Assembly (NCBI GenBank): GCA_040755455.1
Contig: JBFMAY010000014.1
Span: forward strand, 23,428 to 87,427
Source: Thermodesulfobacteriota bacterium
Lineage (GTDB): Bacteria > Desulfobacterota > Desulfobulbia > Desulfobulbales > SURF-16
Direction: 5' to 3'
Length of the DNA: 64,000 nt
In this document: positions 59,464 to 64,000 of the stretch, in pieces
How the letters are laid out: the number at the start of each line of letters is the position of its first letter
Numbering within the stretch: the first letter of the stretch is position 1
Program-made: the position numbers and the translations under genes
The notes under the pieces: generated by a model
Told to the model about the DNA's origin: nothing
What the model saw: the letters and a program-made list of their open reading frames with translations, nothing else
Database searches by the model: none

Positions 59464-60285
59464 GTGACTGTAAAGGAACTCATTAAAGCCGGCAACCTCG
59501 GCGAGGCCCGGCAGCAGCTCGTGGCCGCGGTGCGTGATAATCCCGGTGATACGGCGGCCCGCACCCTGCTGTTCCAGGTGCTCTGCTACTGCGGCGAGTG
59601 GGACAAGGCGGACCGCCATCTGGAGGCCATCGCCGCCCAGGACGTGAGCCGGGAGGCAGGAGTGCTCGGCTACCGGAACCTGATCCGGGCGGAAAAGGAA
59701 CGGCTTGCCGTCATGGAAAAGGGCGGCATCGCCTCCTTTCTCACCGAACCGCCGGCCTATTTGGATCTTTACGCCGCAGCCCAGGCGAAACTGGCGGAAA
59801 AAAAGGCGGATGAGGCGGCCGCGCTCTTCAAACAGATTGATGAGCAGATACCCGCCATCTCGGGACTGGTCAACAACAGCCCGTTTGCCGGTTTCCGCGA
59901 CACCGACAGTCTGCTCGCCCCGTTTCTTGAGGTGCTGGCCCATGACCGCTATCTGTGGGTGGCCTTTGAATCCCTGCGGGAACTTGCCATCACCCCGCCC
60001 AAGACCCTGCTTGATCTGCTCTGGGTATCGGCCCATGTCACCACCTGGGAGGGCTATGCCATGAACTGCTATCTGCCGGCCCTTTACCCTGGCTCCTTCC
60101 GCCATGCGGATGAGCGGGTCAGACTTGGACGGATGACTGACTGGATCCCCCTGGGCGGCGTTCTCACCCGCGGGGCGGGACAGCACGTCTACGCGGTGGG
60201 GGGGCAGGATATGGCCATTCTGGAGATACGTGATGTGACCTTCAACTTTCCGAAAATGACAACCGACGATGAAGAGAACCATTAA
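59464..60285 (+). CDS. tagJ: T6SS accessory protein, ImpE/SciE family
   Basis: AVRDNP.D...R..LFQ.LC..G.WDKA, RDTD..L, Y.WV.F, DLLW, P.LYP, RLGRMTDW, GAGQ. Confidence 0.88.
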   Translation: MTVKELIKAGNLGEARQQLVAAVRDNPGDTAARTLLFQVLCYCGEWDKADRHLEAIAAQDVSREAGVLGYRNLIRAEKERLAVMEKGGIASFLTEPPAYLDLYAAAQAKLAEKKADEAAALFKQIDEQIPAISGLVNNSPFAGFRDTDSLLAPFLEVLAHDRYLWVAFESLRELAITPPKTLLDLLWVSAHVTTWEGYAMNCYLPALYPGSFRHADERVRLGRMTDWIPLGGVLTRGAGQHVYAVGGQDMAILEIRDVTFNFPKMTTDDEENH

Positions 60286-61636
60286 TATTGAAGCGATAGT
60301 GGCCCCGCTGCCCGGCGACAACCCGGCCGGCGAATATCTCCGTTACAGTCCTGTTTATGACGAGATCCAGGAGGCGAGAAGGGCGGACGACCTGCTGGCT
60401 CGGGGTGACTGGCAGCATGAAATCAAGGCCTCGGACTGGGACCGGGTGCTGACGCTTGCCGTGCATGCCCTCACGGAAAAGACCAAGGATCTGCAGATTG
60501 CCGCCTGGCTGCTTGAGGCCCTGACCTATACCGAAGGTTTTGCCGGCGTCAGAACGGGACTGACCATCATCACCTCCTTCCTGCGGGATCTCTGGGAGCA
60601 GCTGTACCCGGCCATGGAGGATGGGGATCTGGAATTTCGCATCGGCCCCCTGGAATTCATCAATGACCGGCTCTGGCTGCCGATCAAACAGATTCCCCTC
60701 ACCGACCCCGGCGCAACCCCCGGTTATTCGTGGATGAAGTGGCAGGAATCCCGCCAGGTGGGTTCGGAAAAGGACACTCTCAATCAGTATGGCGATGTGG
60801 ACGATGACAAGAAACGACAGCGCCAGGAACTGATGGCTGAAGGGAAATTGCCGGCCGAGGAGTTTGACGCCGCGGTTGCCTCCTCCGCCAAGTCCTTCTA
60901 TGTTGCCCTGGCCGGGGATGTGGCCGACTGTCTTGCCCGGTTTGCCGAGCTTGACCGGATTGTTGACGAGAAATTCGGCCGGGAGGCGCCGCGGCTGGCG
61001 GAGCTGAAGGGTTCGCTTGCCGATTGCGAGCAGCTGGTGGCCAGAATACTGAAGGAAAAAAGGGAAAAGGAGCCTGATGCGGTGCCTGAAGTTGCTGCTG
61101 TGGCCCCCCAGGCGGCAGAAGCTGCTGCCGTCGCGCTGGGCTTGGATGTTGCCGCCCGGCAGCCGGAGCAGGCTGGGCCTGCTCCGGCTGCGGCGGACCG
61201 CTCCGCCGGAGCGGTGCCGCCGCCGGGGCAGTACCTGGTCAACCGTCTGCTCGGTTCGGCCGGTCTTGAGGAGGCGGTGTGGCAGGACGCCCTGGCCAAG
61301 CTTAAGTCCGGCGGTATCAAGCCAGCCCTGGAGTATCTGCTGGGCGCCTCCTGCAGCGCCCAGTCCGTCAGAGAAAAGACGAATTTCCGTCTGCTCATGG
61401 CCCGGCTCTGCCTGAAGGCCGAGCGGCCTGACCTGGCCCGGCCCATCGCCGAAGGTCTTCATGCCCTCATCGGCGAGCTGCAGCTTGACCGCTGGGAGTC
61501 GCCCATCTGGATAGCGGAGGTGCTTGAGACGCTGTACATGTGCCTCTCCGTTGAGGGGGCATCGGATGATGATCGCTACCGGGCCAGGGAGCTGTTGACC
61601 AGGCTCTGTACCCTGGATGTGACCAAGGCAATCTAG
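60269..61636 (+). CDS. tssA: T6SS TssA (ImpA_N domain with VasJ-like C-terminus)
   Basis: PAGEYLRYSPVYDEI, DW, KTKDLQIAAWL, WEQLYP; C-terminal R...RL..A.LC...L..WE. Confidence 0.88.
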   Translation: MKRTINIEAIVAPLPGDNPAGEYLRYSPVYDEIQEARRADDLLARGDWQHEIKASDWDRVLTLAVHALTEKTKDLQIAAWLLEALTYTEGFAGVRTGLTIITSFLRDLWEQLYPAMEDGDLEFRIGPLEFINDRLWLPIKQIPLTDPGATPGYSWMKWQESRQVGSEKDTLNQYGDVDDDKKRQRQELMAEGKLPAEEFDAAVASSAKSFYVALAGDVADCLARFAELDRIVDEKFGREAPRLAELKGSLADCEQLVARILKEKREKEPDAVPEVAAVAPQAAEAAAVALGLDVAARQPEQAGPAPAAADRSAGAVPPPGQYLVNRLLGSAGLEEAVWQDALAKLKSGGIKPALEYLLGASCSAQSVREKTNFRLLMARLCLKAERPDLARPIAEGLHALIGELQLDRWESPIWIAEVLETLYMCLSVEGASDDDRYRARELLTRLCTLDVTKAI

Positions 61637-61749
61637 GGTTCCCGTGACTGAGGCCGGGCCAGGATGAATGGCAACAGCGCAAAACGAAGGGATGCATGTG
61701 GTTTTGGAAAGACCTGGTAGCATTTGGAAAATGAAAAAGGAGGAGTAAC

Positions 61750-62277
61750 ATGGCAAAAGAAAGTCTGCAGCATACCCTGGACAGGGTACGCGCTCCGAGG
61801 GTCCAGATCACCTATGATGTGGAGGTGGGGGATGCCATCGAGATGAAGGAGATACCGTTTGTGGTCGGGGTGCTGGCCGATCTGTCCGGCAAGCCGGACA
61901 AGCCCTTGCCCAAGCTGAAGGAGAGAAAGTTTATCGAGATCGACCGCGACAATTTCAACAGCGTCATGGAAGGCATGAAGCCGCGTCTTGCCTATAAGGT
62001 CGACAACAAGTTGACCAATGACGATTCCAAAATAGCGGTTGAGCTTCGATTCAAATCCATGGATGATTTTCATCCTGAACGCGTTGCCGAGCAGATCACC
62101 CCGGTGCGCAAGCTGGTGGATGCCCGGCGCAGGCTTTCCGAGCTGCTCAACAAGCTGGACGGCAACGACAAGCTCGACGAATTGCTCCAGGACGTTATTG
62201 CCAACAGCGATTCCCTGCAGGAACTGGGCAAAGAGGCCGGTGTGGTCAAAAAGGAAGATGAAAAGGATAAAGCGTAA
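61750..62277 (+). CDS. tssB: T6SS contractile sheath small subunit
   Basis: RVRAPRVQITYDVE, EIPFVVGVLADLSG, IDRDNF, F.SMDDFHP. Confidence 0.96.
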   Translation: MAKESLQHTLDRVRAPRVQITYDVEVGDAIEMKEIPFVVGVLADLSGKPDKPLPKLKERKFIEIDRDNFNSVMEGMKPRLAYKVDNKLTNDDSKIAVELRFKSMDDFHPERVAEQITPVRKLVDARRRLSELLNKLDGNDKLDELLQDVIANSDSLQELGKEAGVVKKEDEKDKA

Positions 62278-62291
62278 AGGAGGTAGCAAAG

Positions 62292-63788
62292 ATGGCCGGA
62301 AATGAACAGCAGGTCCAGCCGGAGGCCGCTCAGGCCACGGCTGTACAGGAAGAAAAAAGCCTCCTGGACCGGATAATCGAGGATGGGCGCCTGGCCCGGG
62401 AGGAAAGCCAGAAACCGTGGGCCAAAGACGTCATTGGCGAGTTCGTCTCCCAGATCATGGAGGGCACGATAACGGTTTCCAAGAATACCGAGGCCATGAT
62501 CAATGCCAGAATCAGCGAGATTGACAAGCTGATTTCCGCCCAGCTCAATGCGGTCATGCATCACGAGGATTTCCAGAAGCTGGAGGCCTCCTGGCGCGGG
62601 CTGTCATACCTGGTTTCCCAGTCGGAAACCGGGGAGAAGCTTAAGATCAGGGTGATGAATGTCAACAAAAAGGACCTTCTCAAGGACATGGAAAAGGCCT
62701 CCGAGTTTGACCAGTCCGCCCTGTTTAAGAAGATTTATGAAGAGGAGTTCGGCATGTTCGGCGGCGCCGCCTATGGAGCCCTGATCGGTGACTACGAGTT
62801 CAGCAATCATCCCCAAGACCTTGCCCTGCTCGAGAAAATCTCCCAGGTGGCGGCCGCGGCCCATGCGCCTTTTATTTCCGCGGCCGCACCGCAGCTGTTT
62901 AACTTTGAAAGCTTTACCGAGCTGGGCGAACCGCGGGATATGGCCAAGATCTTTCAGAGCGTTGAGTACGCCAAATGGAAGTCGTTCCGGGAATCCGAGG
63001 ATGCCCGCTATGTGGCCCTGGCCATGCCCCATATTCTCATGCGTCTGCCCTACGGCAAGGCCAATGTGCCGGTGGAGGCCTTTGATTTCGAGGAGCAGGT
63101 GGACGGCAGCGATCACAAGAAGTATCTGTGGGGTAATGCCGCCTATGCCCTGGGCACCCGGCTGACAGAGGCCTTTGCCAAGTATCACTGGTGCGCCGCC
63201 ATCCGGGGCGTGGAGGGCGGCGGCCTGGTTCAGGGGCTGCCCGTGCATACCTTTAAGACGGACGAGGGTGATGTGGCCCTCAAGTGCCCCACCGAGATCG
63301 CCATCACCGACCGGCGGGAAAAAGAGCTTGCCGATCTGGGCTTTGTCCCCCTGCTGCACTGCAAGGGCACCGATTACGCCGCCTTCTTCAGCACCCAGTC
63401 GGCCAATAAACCGAAACTTTATGATACGGATGCGGCCAACGCCAATGCCAAGCTGTCCTCGCAGATCCAGTACATTCTTGCCGTGTCGAGGTTTGCCCAT
63501 TACCTCAAGTCCATGATGCGCGACAAGATCGGCAGTTTCATGACCCGCAAGAATGCCGAGGATTTTTTGAACCGCTGGATCAACAATTATGTCCTGCTGG
63601 ATGACAATGCCAGCCAGGAGATGAAGGCCAAGTATCCCCTCCGGGAGGCCCGCATCGATGTCAGCGAGGTGCCGGGCAAACCAGGGGTTTACCGGGCGGT
63701 GAGCTTTCTCAAGCCGCACTTCCAGCTTGATGAGCTGTCCGTTTCCCTGCGCCTGGTTGCCGAGCTGCCGCCGCCGGCCAAGGGATAA
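62292..63788 (+). CDS. tssC: T6SS contractile sheath large subunit
   Basis: FQKLEASWRGL, AAAHAPF, YLWGNAAY, IRGVEGGG, KCPTEIAITDRRE, PHFQL. Confidence 0.97.
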   Translation: MAGNEQQVQPEAAQATAVQEEKSLLDRIIEDGRLAREESQKPWAKDVIGEFVSQIMEGTITVSKNTEAMINARISEIDKLISAQLNAVMHHEDFQKLEASWRGLSYLVSQSETGEKLKIRVMNVNKKDLLKDMEKASEFDQSALFKKIYEEEFGMFGGAAYGALIGDYEFSNHPQDLALLEKISQVAAAAHAPFISAAAPQLFNFESFTELGEPRDMAKIFQSVEYAKWKSFRESEDARYVALAMPHILMRLPYGKANVPVEAFDFEEQVDGSDHKKYLWGNAAYALGTRLTEAFAKYHWCAAIRGVEGGGLVQGLPVHTFKTDEGDVALKCPTEIAITDRREKELADLGFVPLLHCKGTDYAAFFSTQSANKPKLYDTDAANANAKLSSQIQYILAVSRFAHYLKSMMRDKIGSFMTRKNAEDFLNRWINNYVLLDDNASQEMKAKYPLREARIDVSEVPGKPGVYRAVSFLKPHFQLDELSVSLRLVAELPPPAKG

Positions 63789-63878
63789 GTTGTTGAGCTA
63801 TTAAGCTGATGAGCTGATGAGTTGTTAAGTTGTTAAGCTGATAAGCCATGAGCCATGAGCCAGTAAGCCATGCGCCAT
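63787..63878. repeat. composite short tandem repeat: seven 8-mers (RAGYTRWT) then about five 7-mers (RAGCCAT)
   Basis: aagttgtt gagctatt aagctgat gagctgat gagttgtt aagttgtt aagctgat | aagccat gagccat gagccagt aagccat gcgccat. Confidence 0.75.
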
Positions 63879-63913
63879 GAGACAGAAAAAAACTAAAAGG
63901 AGGAGAAAAAATT

Positions 63914-64000
63914 ATGCCAGCTGATAATTTTTTGAAAATCGAAGGGATTGATGGTGAAAGTACTGATGATAAGCACAAGGGGTGGATAGAGGTTCTTTCC
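63914..64000 (+). CDS. hcp: T6SS tube protein Hcp, 5' part only
   Basis: AGGAGG RBS, then MPADNFLKIEGIDGESTDDKHKGWIEVLS; truncated by the window edge; not in the ORF track. Confidence 0.92.
   Translation, partial: MPADNFLKIEGIDGESTDDKHKGWIEVLS

Noticed and set aside
61640..61745. sigma54 promoter upstream of tssB
   Set aside because: The TGGCA-containing candidates do not have the required GG-N10-GC spacing.
63787..63878. Repeat array as CRISPR
   Set aside because: Units are 7-8 bp, contiguous, without unique spacers, and no cas genes are present.

Overview
Chromosomal window from a GC-rich anaerobic Gram-negative bacterium. Gene content (PxxKW protein, futalosine-pathway MqnD, LpxI, sigma54 regulators, c-type cytochrome) suggests Desulfobacterota, probably Desulfobulbales; this is an inference. 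Housekeeping blocks are mqnD'-ilvBN-psd-leuA-asd-rsmD-coaD-Rieske/cytochrome b (1-9 kb) and pilC-eno-ihfA-lpxD-fabZ-lpxA-lpxI-murU/amgK-like-der (31.7-41.6 kb). Four accessory regions lie among them. (i) A patch of small DUF genes and decayed fragments plus an SNF2 helicase (11.4-19.8 kb). (ii) A co-oriented four-gene cassette, TIR-STAND-TPR / calcineurin-like metallophosphoesterase / CHAT caspase-like protease / stand-alone RyR-domain protein (22.0-28.9 kb), with REP-like palindromes on either side of the first gene; this is the best candidate for an undescribed defence or cell-death system. (iii) A sigma54 activator with a degenerate receiver, a putative enhancer and -24/-12 promoter, then DUF3467, a NUDIX-membrane fusion and an M4 protease without a signal peptide (41.9-48.1 kb). 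(iv) The first part of a type VI secretion cluster (tssJKLM-tagF-tagJ-tssABC-hcp'), headed by two unusual genes (49.5-64 kb). No rRNA, tRNA, CRISPR array or intact transposase was recognised. All family calls come from motif recognition by eye; no database searches were run.
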